Below are positions 1 to 11,910 of a stretch of 64,000 bases of DNA, piece after piece (position 1 is the stretch's first letter; each line of letters begins with the position of its first letter). The notes under the pieces were generated by a model. The model saw only the letters and a list, made by a program, of their open reading frames with translations, was not told the DNA's origin and searched no databases. A program made the position numbers and the translations under genes. The DNA comes from Raja brachyura (lineage: Eukaryota), in contig OY740789.1 in NCBI GenBank assembly GCA_963514005.1, positions 68,014,001-68,078,000 on the forward strand, written 5' to 3'.

Positions 1-822
1 ATCTTCTGCGCTCTGTGGACGAAGCGCTGAAGAGCTCTCCTCTCCGCCTCCGTGCAGCTGAGATACCACACAGAGATGCCATACGTTGGTATGCTCTCTG
101 TCGTGCAGCGGTAGAAGGTTGTCAGCAGCTGTTGGGGCCGACCCGTCCTTTTCAATGTTCTCAGGAAGAACAGTCGTTGCTGTGCTTTTTTGACCAGCAC
201 AGCGGTGTTGGTGGACCATGTGAGGTCCTCTGAGATGTGAGTGCCCAGAAACCTAAAGCTGGACACTGTCTCCACACTGTCCCCGTAGATGGAGATTGGG
301 GCATATTCCCCATTCTGTGACCTCCTGAAGTCGATAATCAGCTCCTTGGTCTTGGAGGTGTTTAGTGACAAGTTGTTACGTGAGCACCAGTCTGCAAGGT
401 TCTGCACCTCTGCTCTGTATTTTGTTTCATCACCGTTGGTGATCAGCCCGATCACCGTTGTGTCGTCTGCAAACTTGACAATGGTGTTGGTGTCGAATGC
501 AGGAACATAGTGGTGTGTGAAGAGGGAGTAGAGCATGGGGCTCAGTACACAGCCCTGAGGTGTGCTGGTGCTCAGGGTGATAGTGGAGGAGAGGTGCGGG
601 CCCAGTCTCACTGCCTGCGGTTGCTCCGTCAGAAAATGCAGGATCCAATCGCATATCGGTGAGCTGATGCCTAGCTTGTGTAGTTTGGTGGTGAGCTTGG
701 TGGGGATGACCGTATTGAAGGCAGAGCTATAGTCTATGAAGAGCATCCAAACATACGTGCCCTGTCTTTCCAGGTGAGTCAGGACAGTGCGAAGAGCCAG
801 AGAGATGGCATCCTCTGTGGAT
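1..822 (-). mobile_element. Rex1/Babar-type LINE reverse transcriptase fragment (degenerate)
   Basis: Minus strand reads [70 protein letters not shown], typical of Rex1/Babar RT. Confidence 0.85.
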
Positions 823-827
823 CTATT

Positions 828-981
828 TGCCCTTATTAAAATCTGACAATGTTAACAATGACAACTTTAACCCCCTGTGATTTTTTCTATTACAAATCTC
901 AAATTGTGGGGTTGGGAGGCAAATAAATAAATGATGGGTCTTTGTCCGAAACATTCCGTCCACATTACAGAAGGCACTGTA
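828..981. mobile_element. Isolated Tc1-like transposon terminal inverted repeat arm
   Basis: Ends ...ggcactg|ta and is similar to the arms of the Tc1 element at 27015-27240 and 33830-34047. Confidence 0.75.
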
Positions 982-1519
982 AGTACAAGAGTGTAAAGAT
1001 AGTAGGAAACACTGAGGCAGTACATGATTTGCCACATTTCCAGCGCCAATTCTCTGACAATAAATTCTAAACAAGTCCATTCCTTCACAACCCTCTGAGG
1101 TAGAGAATTCCAAATAAATGAGCGAAGAAACTTCTCATCCAGGTTCCAAATGCCCCCCCCCCCCTCTTACTGTGACAGTGACCCCCTGAATCGAGCATCC
1201 TCCCTATGTCCAGGCTATATTAAGAATTTTATGAGTTTCACCTTAAAGGTGATACACAAAGTGCCGCTGGTTTGGCGCGCAAAGGCTTAAACAGCGCTGT
1301 CGGCTTATCGCGTGGTAATTTAACCAACGAGCTGCCGGCTGCAGCGCTATGGGGGTTAAATATAGCGCTACCGGCCCCAGCGCTATGGCCACAGCTCTGT
1401 GGGTCACAGACTGTTCGGGAAAATTCTTCTATAGCAGTGTTTGAAGAAAATAAGAAAATCTTATTTTCTGAAAATAATCTTATTTTCTGAAAATAGAAAA
1501 TAAGAAAATCTTATTTTCT

Positions 1520-2012
1520 GTATTGCCATCAAAATGGATGACCTCACATTTCCCCCCAGTAAATTCCATGCCAAATTCTTGCCCACACACATGGCATCTC
1601 TCAGTCGTCCTAAATTGTCTTTCCTTCCTCAACACCACCTATATTGTATCCCCTTGGCCAAATCGTTCCTATAGATTATGAACAGCTAGGAGCCAAGCAC
1701 CAAATCTAGCAGTGTTCTATTTGTTGTAACCTACCAACCAAAGGAATATGCAAAATACTGGAGTAACTCAGCGGGATAGACAGTATCTCTATAGAGTAAT
1801 AATGGGAGACATCTCAGGTCTACAACTTTTTCAGCCTAAAAGACTTGTTTATTCCCACATTTTGCATCCTGTCCATTAACCAGTTCACAATCCATGCCAG
1901 TAAATCATCCCAGTTCCCTGCGATAATCTCCAGTGAAGTCCTAATATAAAACCCCTGAAAATCTAAATATACCACATCTACTGGCTCCCCTTTATCTTTT
2001 CTCCTGGTCAAC
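1520..2012 (-). mobile_element. Old CR1 LINE fragment (RT), interrupted by a Penelope-derived repeat piece at ~1750-1820
   Basis: DKGEPVDVVYLDFQ motif in ORF 1820..2011. Confidence 0.7.
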
Positions 2013-2187
2013 CTCTTTTCATAAATCTTTTGCTCTTCACTTCCATTCTTATCTAAGTGTTCTATTAATACATTCTAGCTTAAAGACTCCAGCTTTGCCC
2101 TACCAACGTTGGAGCAAGGTTCGCCTAAAGCATCGGTGTGTTGATGAAAGGCAACTTCGCCTTCCCTTACCCCCCACCCACTCAGAC

Positions 2188-2207
2188 AACTACAATTCCC
2201 AGAACGC
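2188..2207 (+). promoter_or_regulatory. ZNF143/THAP11 (SBS, ACTACA-type) binding motif
   Basis: AACTACAATTCCCAGAACGC closely matches the ACTACAnnTCCCA composite motif, at the upstream edge of the CpG island. Confidence 0.8.
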
Positions 2208-2449
2208 TTCGGGCCACGATGGCGCAGTGGTGAATGCGGCAGGACTGTGACGTTCTTTGACGGGCGTCGCCGCCGGCCAATCGCCGAGGAGGGGCGGGCG
2301 CTAGAGAGCGTGTAGTCCCGCCCCCGGCTGCCGGGCACCGTCCAATGGGAGCGGGCGGGGTGATGGGGGAGGGGGGGTGTGACGGGGGGAGGGGAGGGGC
2401 TTGGCGCGCGCACTGTGCGTTGCGTTGCGTTGAGCGTCCGGTTGCGATG

Positions 2450-2798
2450 GGACAGTGCGACGTAAGAGGTTGCGGCAATCATGGCGGGAGGAGGAGGAGG
2501 AGCCGTGGCGGCCGCTGCTGCTGCCGCCGCCGCCGCCTGACCGAGGGGCAGTCTCATCCATTGATTGTTTTGAGGTGTTCTTCACACGCACGCCGCCCCC
2601 TCCCCTCCTCCCCTTCCTCCTCTCCTCGCATTTATTGTTCACCCACCCCTCCCCGCACCTCCTCCGTGGGAGATGAAACAGGGACGGCAGAAAAGCCCGC
2701 GCCGCTTCTAAAGAGAGGGGTTTGGGGGGAAGACCGAGGGGCCACTCACCCATCCCCCGGGAAGACGGCGGCGGTGGTGATGTCGAGCCGTGTCACAG
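2450..2798 (+). other. TTBK2: Putative non-coding exon 1 (5' UTR) of the TTBK gene; start approximate
   Basis: Lies downstream of CCAAT/GC boxes and ends at a strong donor CAG|GTGAGC (GT at 2799). Linkage to the exon at 57468 is inferred. Confidence 0.6.
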
Positions 2799-4254
2799 GT
2801 GAGCCTCGGGCCTTGTCTCAGCCGTTGATGGCAACGCACGGAGGAGGGGAGGGGAGGGGAGGGGGTGGATATGATTGAGGCAGCGGCCACCCCGCAGCGG
2901 CATGTCCTGGCGAGGGGTCGAGGCTGGGGTTGGGGGTGTTGTCGGTGGCTGATCCTGTGAGCTCCGTTGGGAGGAGAAGAGGCAACCCGTTTTATTCTGG
3001 CGATTGGGATTTATGAGGGTTGACTGGTACTCTTTCCCCGGACAGAGAGAGGCTTGATCAGAATAAGTCAAATCTTCCCATTTCCAATCTACTTGCTGGA
3101 CCAGAACCTGCTGAATCATTAATATCTTAGAGCCAGATATAGGGTGGAGTGGGGGCCCAACTGAATGAATTCCGCACACTCGTATTGTAATTTCATAACG
3201 CTTGTGTTTGACACACGCGTTGATCGGTACATTCTGTCTAACATCCTCGGGATGCAGTCGGCCATAGCAATCGCCAAACGGGGACATCATTTTTAGTGCA
3301 CGTTATCAGGGCCCCGCTGTAAAACGATTTGCAGGGTCATTGCCCTTATTCGATATCATTTAGAGGTTTGTTTCAGTTTGCAATAATCTTCCTTTCTTTA
3401 AAAAAAGGACATTGACCTTGAAGGAACGCAGAGTCATTTGTTTGAAACCCCTTGAAAATAAACATCTCGGTCATTTTTTGTTTTTTTTTGGGGGGGAGGG
3501 GGTTATTTGGCCTCGACTAATGATCGCAGAAATAACGGCGGTAGAGTAGTTTTTGGCGATGTTGCAGAAAAAGCAAACCTACTGCAATATTTATTGCCTC
3601 ATGGTGTATTCTGTTCATGCCTTTGCGTCAGTTATGTGTGCAGGGGCATTTATTTGTATGTATTCTGTACCTGATGATTTTTCAAGTTGATGGGATATAC
3701 ACGGTCTCTTTATTTTCAAAATGAGTTTTTTATTTTCACGGATTTCTATTGTGTTTTGTGGTAAAGAACTCTCGTGGCTTTTAATAACCATTGGGTTTGT
3801 GAATTTAGATCTCATTGTATGCAAAATGATGCACGGATGGCATTAACGTAGATTCGAAGAGCATGCAGTAATAGTGAAATTGAAATTAGGATTTGAATTT
3901 GTATTTAACCAGTTTGAGACAAAGCCGCAAACTTTTAAAAGTAAGCTAAATCTGTGAAAATGGAGAAGTGTGTTTACACACAATTAATATTTTAATTGTT
4001 TATTGGAAGATTTAAGGAATGGCATGAATTCGCATTATTAGACTTGAGATATTAAATGAAATGTGCACAAATGAAACGTACAAGATTGTTTACACTTTGT
4101 GTTAATTAATTCTGGATTTCGAACTTTTTTTCCCCCCAATAGTCTTCAGGCAAAGTTTATTTTGAAAATGAACTGATTGTCAGCCAAATAAAAATAATTT
4201 TCTCAGTCAGTGTAAGTGTAAATACTATAGATGTGATTTTCATGAGTGTGCCCT

Positions 4255-4950
4255 TCGGCCCTGAATGTTTCTGCCGAACATGATGCCCAGCTGAATTGAT
4301 CTTATCTGCCTGTACACGCTCCTTATCTCTCTATTCCCTGCACTTCCATGTGCCTATCCAAAAGCCTCTAAAACACCACTATCATATCTGCCTTCATTAC
4401 CACCCCTGGCAATGTATTCCAGGCCCACTCTGTATAATTTTTTTTTTAACTTGCCCCACACATCTCTATTAAGCTTTCCCTCTCTCACCTTATAGCTATG
4501 CCCTCTAGTGTTGGATATGTCCACCCAGGGGAAGAAGGTTATGAGTGTCTATCCTATCTATGCCTCTCATAATTTTATATCAATCAAGGCTCTCCTCAAC
4601 TTCTGACATTTCAGAGAAAACAATCCGTCTATCCAACCTCTCCCTGTAGCTGAAACCTCCTCTGATCCACGCAAGTTTCTGGTAAACACTCTCTTCACCC
4701 TCTCCAAACCTTCCACATCTTTCCTGATTTTGGGCAACCAGAACTGCACACAGTATTCCAAATGTGGCCTAACCAAAGTCATATAGAGCTACATCATGGC
4801 TTCCTGCATCTTGTACTCAATGCCCCAGCAATGAAGGCAAGCATATCATATGCCTTCTTGACCACCCTTTCTACTTGTGTTACACCTTTAGTAAGCTACG
4901 AACATGGAATCCAAGGTCCCTCTGCACATCACTGATGTTAAGGGTCTTGT
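4255..4950 (-). mobile_element. CR1 LINE 3' fragment
   Basis: LVRPHLEYCVQFW motif (ORF 4567..4782) followed by CR1-type 3' UTR. Confidence 0.85.
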
Positions 4951-5273
4951 CTTTGGTTAGGGACTGTTATGAATAATCAGAGGTAGATAATAAGTTGGAT
5001 AAAGTCTACAAATGAAGGTAGTTGATCGGATTAATGTGATGATGACGAACTAGCTTTTTGGTTTCTTGCAAACAATAAGTTGACATATGGAAAATTGCTT
5101 TGTGTTCACAGGTTTTTGAAATTGAATAAATGCAGTAGTTTGTACAAGTTCATAATCTTAAAAAAACACAAGTATTAATGAGCATCGTTACTGAGATGTA
5201 TGTGAACAAAATTTTAATGGCTCTCTGAGAGTAATAAGTAAAACAGCATCAACATAGCTTGGCACCAGGATTT

Positions 5274-5393
5274 CATTCAGATCCGAAACGTCACCCATTC
5301 CTTCTCTCCAGAGATGTTGCCCGTCCCGCTGAGTTACTCCAGCATTTTGTGTCTATCTTTGATTTAAACCAGCATTTGCAGTTCTTTCTTACA
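5274..5393 (+). repeat. Penelope-derived short repeat (single arm) with TSD
   Basis: ccgaaacgtcacccattcc...gagttactccagcattttgtgtc; flanked by caccaggattt at 5263 and 5394. Confidence 0.75.
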
Positions 5394-7002
5394 CACCAGG
5401 ATTTGATTTCTTGCACTACATATCCGTTTCCATGACTTGATGGTTTTCTATACTTTCTATGCATCGTAACATAGTACTTTCTTTTGAGAGCCTCGTTCTT
5501 AATGTTGGCCAATTCAAATTGATTTCATGCTGGTTTGTAATGATTTATGGCTGCTTGGACATAACTACTGAGGTGTTTGCAGTCACTATCTCAAATCCAT
5601 TGAGATAATATTATTCTAACAGTGGTGACCTCAAGTTATTTATCTAGATGGTTAGAATTTTTTTAATCTAGAAGGGAATGGATCATTTTAGCAGTTTGAA
5701 GTAAGTGAACAGTTGCTGATGTAAATTGGCAATCCTTCTGTAGTAATTAAACCTAGACTGGTTTGTAATGATTGATCAATAACCACAAAATATTGTTAGC
5801 TTCACTGGCATGTATCTTTTTTAAATTCAGTGATGTGAGAATTAATTCAAAAGATGAAATCCTGTTAACTTTGAAGAAACAAAGCCCTGGCCCATTGTGA
5901 ATATAGTTATTTGAAATGTGTGTGTGCGATTGCATTTGATGGATCACTACTAAAAAAGAACAACAGCAAATTTTATATATAACTAGGTTTCACAAACCCC
6001 ACATGAATCCCAATGGAAAATAATCTATTTTTGGGTGGCACTGCTTCAGGGAGATTTGTTTAACACAGCAAGTACTCCCTGCTCTTCCTTAGTGCCAGAA
6101 ATTATTATATATGCATTTGAGAGGGTGGAAGGGTCATGGATTTAATATGCTTTCTAAATTACATTGCACTATCTCACTTACTGTGCCAGAGTGACAGCGT
6201 CACAAATCCATATTGTGATCTTTTGACTTTGACAAAAATGGGAAAAGATCAAATCAACTCTAAACTGTTTTCAGCCCTTTTTTGCGTTTATGTCATTGAG
6301 GCTCAGACCAAATATAGACCACGTAATTTTGTGATCTTTTGTAATTTTTTTTTTAAATTGTTGATGAGGTTATCCCAAATGCAAGCACATTAACCAATGT
6401 GTTGTAGCATTGGGATATGAAGTACTGGTCATGACCAACCTTAACTTGCCCCAATTATTGAAATTTAATATTGTAATTGTAAGAGTGAAGTTTACCACAA
6501 TAAGATGGCATTTAATGTGAATATTCTTTATTATAATTTGTATGCCCAAGTTATGTGGAAATTGAACTGTATATTACTTAGTTTTTCCCCCATAAGTGTT
6601 AACATTCTAAATATCATGGTATCCCATAAGTAAAATTTAAGGTAACAATCAGTGGCTTTGTGAAACTTTGTTTATGTGATCAGGATGCTTTATCTCAAAT
6701 AATTGAATTCTCTGTTGGGGCAATTGAAATCCTGGTTTGACATGCTGGCTTCTAGAAGCATTCCCAGTATAAGGGAAAGAAGTAGATATTGCAATCATTT
6801 GCTTCCTATTTGAGTCTCGCCGTGTTAGGTGTAAATGTTAAAGCTTCCACCGTATCTTTATAGTGGAACTTTATATTTTAAATAATTAAAGCTGATGGTA
6901 TATTGTAGCTTTAGTATGTGGGAGTGATGGCTATCTGGATCCATGGCATCTGCACCTACAATAATTATCTGACACATGAGGATCCTGTATTCCTTGTTGA
7001 GT

Positions 7003-7222
7003 TGTGTAGGAAGGAACTGCAGTTGCTGGTTTAAACCGAAGATGGACACAAAGCTGGAGTAACTCAGCGGGACAGGCAGCATGTCTGGAGAGAAGGAATG
7101 GGTGACGTTTTTGGGTCGAGGCCCTTCAAGAATGTCTGAAGGGTCTCGTCCCGAAACGTCACCCATTCCTTCTCTCCAAAGATGCTGCCTGTCCCGCTGA
7201 GTTACTCCAGATTTTTATGTCT
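7003..7222. repeat. Palindromic Penelope-derived repeat
   Basis: Two ~85-bp inverted arms (ctggagtaactcagcgggacaggcagc... / ...gctgcctgtcccgctgagttactccag) around a degenerate hammerhead core. Confidence 0.8.
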
Positions 7223-8009
7223 ATTTTCCATTTGAGGAGCTGGATTTCAGGATTTGAACACTGGAATCCATCAGAGGGAAAGTTACCTGGATATTTTGTT
7301 TTAAGCTCTTAGATGGATCAGTCAAGAATGTAAAGTGTAGCTGCTGAGGATAGAGTTGGAGGAACCATAGTTCACAAACACATTCAACAAGTAAGGCATT
7401 CATTCAAGTTGGAATAGTCGGAGAGATAATAGTGATAAGATTCAAGAGAATTTATTGTCATGTGTCCCTGATGGGACAATGAAATTTTTGCTTTGCTTCA
7501 GCACAACAGAACATAGTAGGCATGACTACAGAACATTTTCTGCAGCCACGTGCATGAGTCTCAAAGGTTGTGTTGCCTGTTTGAATCCAGGGACATGGCC
7601 TTCTCTTTGGAGCTGGAGCGGAACTTACTGGGAGAGAAAAGAGCCATTTATTGTGATCCAAGTGGGAACCAACAACAGATAGGACATATAAGTTTCTGCT
7701 GAAGGATAACAACAGCCAGGAACCAACATAAAACACAGACCACAATGGTAGTAAGTTGCAGACTATTATGCGTCATGTTTGAATTGGTTCAGGGACAATA
7801 AAAACAGAATTGAAAATATGGTTCCAATTTTGGAGTGGGAGAAATGGATTTAAATATATGGGGCGCTGACACTCCCAGTATTGGGAGAGGCGGGAGCTGT
7901 TCCTTTGGGAGGGGTTTCATTTGAATCAAGTTGGGATCAATATCCCCACAAATGAAATAACTAATACCATAGATTAAGGCTGTAATCGAAATAGTTGTGG
8001 TGGGTTCCG

Positions 8010-8245
8010 ATTTAAAGTTAAAGCATGGAAGTAGGCCCTTTGGCTCATCCTTTCCACTCTGACCATCGATCACTCGTTTACACTCTGTTATCCCACTTTC
8101 TCAGTCACTCCCAAACCCACACGTCTTTGGAATCCTATGTGGACACGGGGAGAACGTGCGAACTCCATACAGCAGCCAAAGTCAGGATCGAACCAGAGTC
8201 TCTAGCACTTGGGGCAGCCTACCACCTGTGCCATTATGGTGCCTG
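8010..8245 (-). mobile_element. tRNA-derived V-SINE (HE1-like), degenerate
   Basis: cacggggagaacgtgcgaactcc is the reverse V-domain; caggatcgaacc is the reverse B box. Confidence 0.65.
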
Positions 8246-8329
8246 ACGGGAAGATTTTTTAAGTGGAATGGATAGGATAAAGTGATAAATGTAGAAAAGT
8301 AATATGAATCATGGTAACTAGACTATTAG

Positions 8330-9730
8330 CAATGGACAGTGCAAGTAACCGTAAGAGCATTCCTCAAATTAGAGTCCGTGAGCTGGAAAAATTGAGTGAA
8401 CACCAAACATGGCTGTGGTCTAAAAAGCCATTGCAGAGATGTAGCTGTGATTAAATATTCACTTTGCTTTTAGAAGAAATTGGCAACGTGGGATGGCGGG
8501 AAATGGAATGTCTGAAAATAAAGAATAGAATAGAGTTGAAGGACCATAGCTCAGAAAATCAAGAAGGACTAGTTTTTGGTGGAAGTTAAGAACGAGAAAG
8601 GGGCCAAAAACATTGGACTTGTATGTGTGTTTCATGTCAGAAAATTAGATGTCACATTGATGAAAGGCGAACACTTGTATTGCATGCTAATTAGCAATAA
8701 TTGTGTGGGAGGATGAATTTATGGACTGTCAGAATTAAATTTGTAAGTCAGGATGTTAAAGAACCAATCACGGATGGTCATAGATATTAAACTATACATT
8801 ATAATCTTATAGTGTATAATGAGAGGATTAATTAGTATCCTGGATATAAGAAGTCTTTCGTAAATAGTGAACGTAATATGCTGGCAATTTTTAAATAGGT
8901 TGAAGGAGGTTTTGTTCAATCTGAAACTACATCTTGCCTCTAAGCAAAGTAAACTATAAAATGATGACGATGCAAGGAACTACAGATGCAGGTTTACACA
9001 AAAAGAGAGTATTGGAGTAACTCAACAGGACAGGCCGCATCTTGGGATAGCGTGGAATGGTGACGTTTCAGTGCGGGAGGTGTCCCGACCTGAAATGTCA
9101 CCTATCTGTGCTCCCCAGAGATGCTGCCTGACCAGCTCAATTACTCCAGCACTTATTCTTTCTACTAAATATTTGAGTTAATCACGATGGATAATGAAAT
9201 TCCAGTAAAAGATGTGGCAGTAAACTGCGGCCAACGTTTAAGGAATTTGCAAGCCTTCAGGCACCAAAATCTATCAGGAAAATTATTTTGGTGTAGTTAA
9301 CAAGCAATTAAAGGCACAGGTAAATTAAAGGAAAAGCGCAGTGGATCTCAAGATTGGGCAAAAACTTCAGAATTTTGTAAAGGAGAGCCAAATAATTGCT
9401 AAGGATAGGGGGGAAAAAAGAACACAAGTAACCTGGTAAAGATCATGAAACTATAACACCATCCATAGATGTGTAAAGGGAAAGGTTAACAAAAGTCAAT
9501 GTGGATCCCTAACAGACTAACAGGGAAAATTATATTGTGGAGTAAGGACATGGTAGAGAAATGTAATATTTTGTCTGTCCGTGGAAGTAGAATATCCATA
9601 AGGAGCTGAAAGATTTTGCAATTGCATAATAATACATTTGAAAGTGATGGATAATCAGGGCCTTGCGGCTTGCATCCCACAGTTTTGAAGAAGTGGTAAT
9701 GGAGATACTGTTTGTCCAAAATTCTATAGA
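8330..9730 (+). mobile_element. Highly decayed CR1 LINE (endonuclease to pre-RT), with a degenerate Penelope-derived palindrome at ~8972-9165
   Basis: Residual CR1 motifs (aaaagtcaatgtggatccc, gcttgcatcccacagttttgaagaagtgg ~ LHPRVLKE). Confidence 0.5.
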
Positions 9731-9739
9731 TTTTCCCTT

Positions 9740-10945
9740 CCTGTTAACTCTTAACTCTGCACTGGACCACTTGGACAATAAGAACACGAGCTGTTCATTT
9801 GCTACAGCCTGGCTTTCCACAACATCATGCCCTCAAGTTATCATCAAAGTTGGAGACTGGGTTTTTGTTCAACCCAATGTAACTGGATCCTCGACTTCCT
9901 CATTGACAGACCACAATCAGTACACATTGGCTACAACATCTTCCTCGATAACCATTAACACTGGAACACCTCAAGGCTGTATGTTCGGTCCTCTCCTCTA
10001 CTCTTTCTATATATACCCATGACTGTGTAGCTAAGCACAGAACGTTGCCATCTTTAAATTTATCGACAACTGTTGTACAAACAATGGGTAAAGAAGAGGC
10101 AGAATACGAGAAGGATTGAAAATCCGATTGAATGGTACCAGAACAATGCTCCTCCTCTAAAAGTCAGCAAGACCAAGGAGCTGATTATCGACTTCTGGAG
10201 AGGAAAACCGAGGATGCACGAACTTGACTTCATTAATGGGATGGCATTGGAGAGAGTCAACAGCTCCATGTTTCTAAAAGAGCATATTTCTGAAGATGTG
10301 TCCTGGGCCCGGCACATTAATGCAAACACAATGAAATCTCATCAATACCTCTTTATTTTTTAAGATTAAGGAGTTGACGAATCCGAGTATGAATAAAGGG
10401 GGACCTGGTGGTGGGCTGCCTGCGGCCACGTGCAGCAGCAGTCCTGGCTTATCACTGCGAGCAGAAGATAAGACTGTTCAATGAACTTCTTGTGACTTTG
10501 TTGGTGCCAGAAATGTGGTGACTCTTTGCGTACAGTGTAAGTGAGGTCTGCTTCTGGGTTGTATGCAAAACAAAGAATTTCACTACCATGGTATGTGTGA
10601 CATCATTGAATCGTTGTCTTGAACTTCAAGTATAAAGTAGAAAGCGCACTCATGGGTTGCATCACGGCCTGGTTCGGCAACTCGAACATCCATGAATGAA
10701 GGAGAGTACAGAATGGTGGACACTGTCTGGTCCCTCGCAGGTACTGATCTCCCCACCATAGAAGGAATCTGTAGGAGATGTTGCCTCGAAGACAAACAAT
10801 ATCAAAGACCTACATCAATCTGGCCACACTCTCATTTTGCTCCTACCACCAGGAAGAAGCCTGAAAACCAAGACAGCCGTGTACAAGAATAACTCCTTAG
10901 CAACCATTAAGCTACTTATATCTTACACTGCACAACATTAACCTC
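9740..10945 (+). mobile_element. Rex1/Babar LINE RT fragments
   Basis: [51 protein letters not shown]; 3' tail continues at ~11920-12050. Confidence 0.8.
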
Positions 10946-10954
10946 AGTAACTAT

Positions 10955-11910
10955 CTTCTTGCGTTTGAGGCAGCAGGGGTTATGTAACGCCCTCCAGGCG
11001 CTGTAGCCAGTTCAATGTCCTGCTGTCGAGGGCCGTGAGGTCTACCCCTCCACCAGGGGGTGAAGTACAGCGCAGTCAAAAATTATTTGCTGCGCTGTTT
11101 GCTGGTCTGCTCCACACATGCAGGCTGCTGATGAACGCAGCCCCCAGCGATCATGTTGGCATTGAACCGGCCGACCCCTGTACGGAGCCAGTTCAGGGCC
11201 ACCCACTCTTTTTGGGGCAGGTCCGAGCCGGGTGGGGCTGTGGTACAACTGAGAAGCATGTTATTACATTTCTCTGTGAAGTATGGCGGGTGCGATACCT
11301 GCGAGCACCGGCAGAAGATCCGCATGGTGTCGTTGAGGATGGCGTCTAGCTTGCTAGTATGAACGCTGGGGCGGCGTGCTCAGCGGCACTGTACACGAGT
11401 GCAAGAGCACTGGTTCGTAGTGTAGATGTCCTGGTATCCCATGACGATCCAGCAAAGCAATGCCTCGAATGTTCTGCGCCTAGTCTTTAGCACAGAGAGC
11501 TTCAAGGTGTTGCTTGTAGGTCAGCTGCCGATCTAGTTTCACCCCGAGGTATGTAGGAAATGGGTTATTGGGTAGGGGTTCATTAAGGGTGACGGTTGGC
11601 TGGCGTTGAGGTTCCATGTTGTTCAGGTGAAAGGCTGTTGTGATGGTTTTTGCCACACTTGGTTTTAGTCTCCAGGTCTTCAGGTAGCCTGCGACAAGCT
11701 CCATATCCGCCAAGAGCACATCCTCCATGTTTGACCAACTCCTGTCCGAATGCAGTAGGGCCAGGTCATCTGCGTATCCATACTGGCGTGAGGTTGTGCG
11801 TGGCAGATCGCTGATACAGAGATTGAAGAGCATGGGGGCCAGTACTGAGCCTTCGGGGAACTGCGTTTCGTCGGCGTCGCAGTCGGCTAAATTGTCCATC
11901 GCTGGTCTTG
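10955..11910 (-). mobile_element. Vingi/Ingi-like LINE, 5'-truncated and internally deleted, 9-bp TSD
   Basis: GSVLAPMLFNL, YGYADDLAL, TAFHLNN, PTYLGVKLDRQLTYKQH, LRTSALALVYSAAEHAAP, WVALNWLRTGVGRF; (AAG) tail; TSD agtaactat at 10946-10954 and 11911-11919. Confidence 0.75.

Larger units (their letters stand above)
2140..2980 (+). promoter_or_regulatory. CpG island promoter of the TTBK gene
   Basis: Very GC/CpG rich. CCAAT boxes at 2277 and 2342, GC boxes (GGGGCGGG ~2291, CCCGCCCC ~2317, GCGGGCGGGG ~2351), YY1-like CATGGCGG at ~2480. Confidence 0.85.

Noticed and set aside
2075-2890. Several long overlapping ORFs in the CpG island
   Set aside because: Low-complexity Pro/Gly/Ala/Arg translations expected from stop-poor GC-rich DNA; no recognisable domain.
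6858-7166. MGDVSGRDPS-type ORFs (also 47766..48011)
   Set aside because: Chance translations of the Penelope-derived repeat, not genes.
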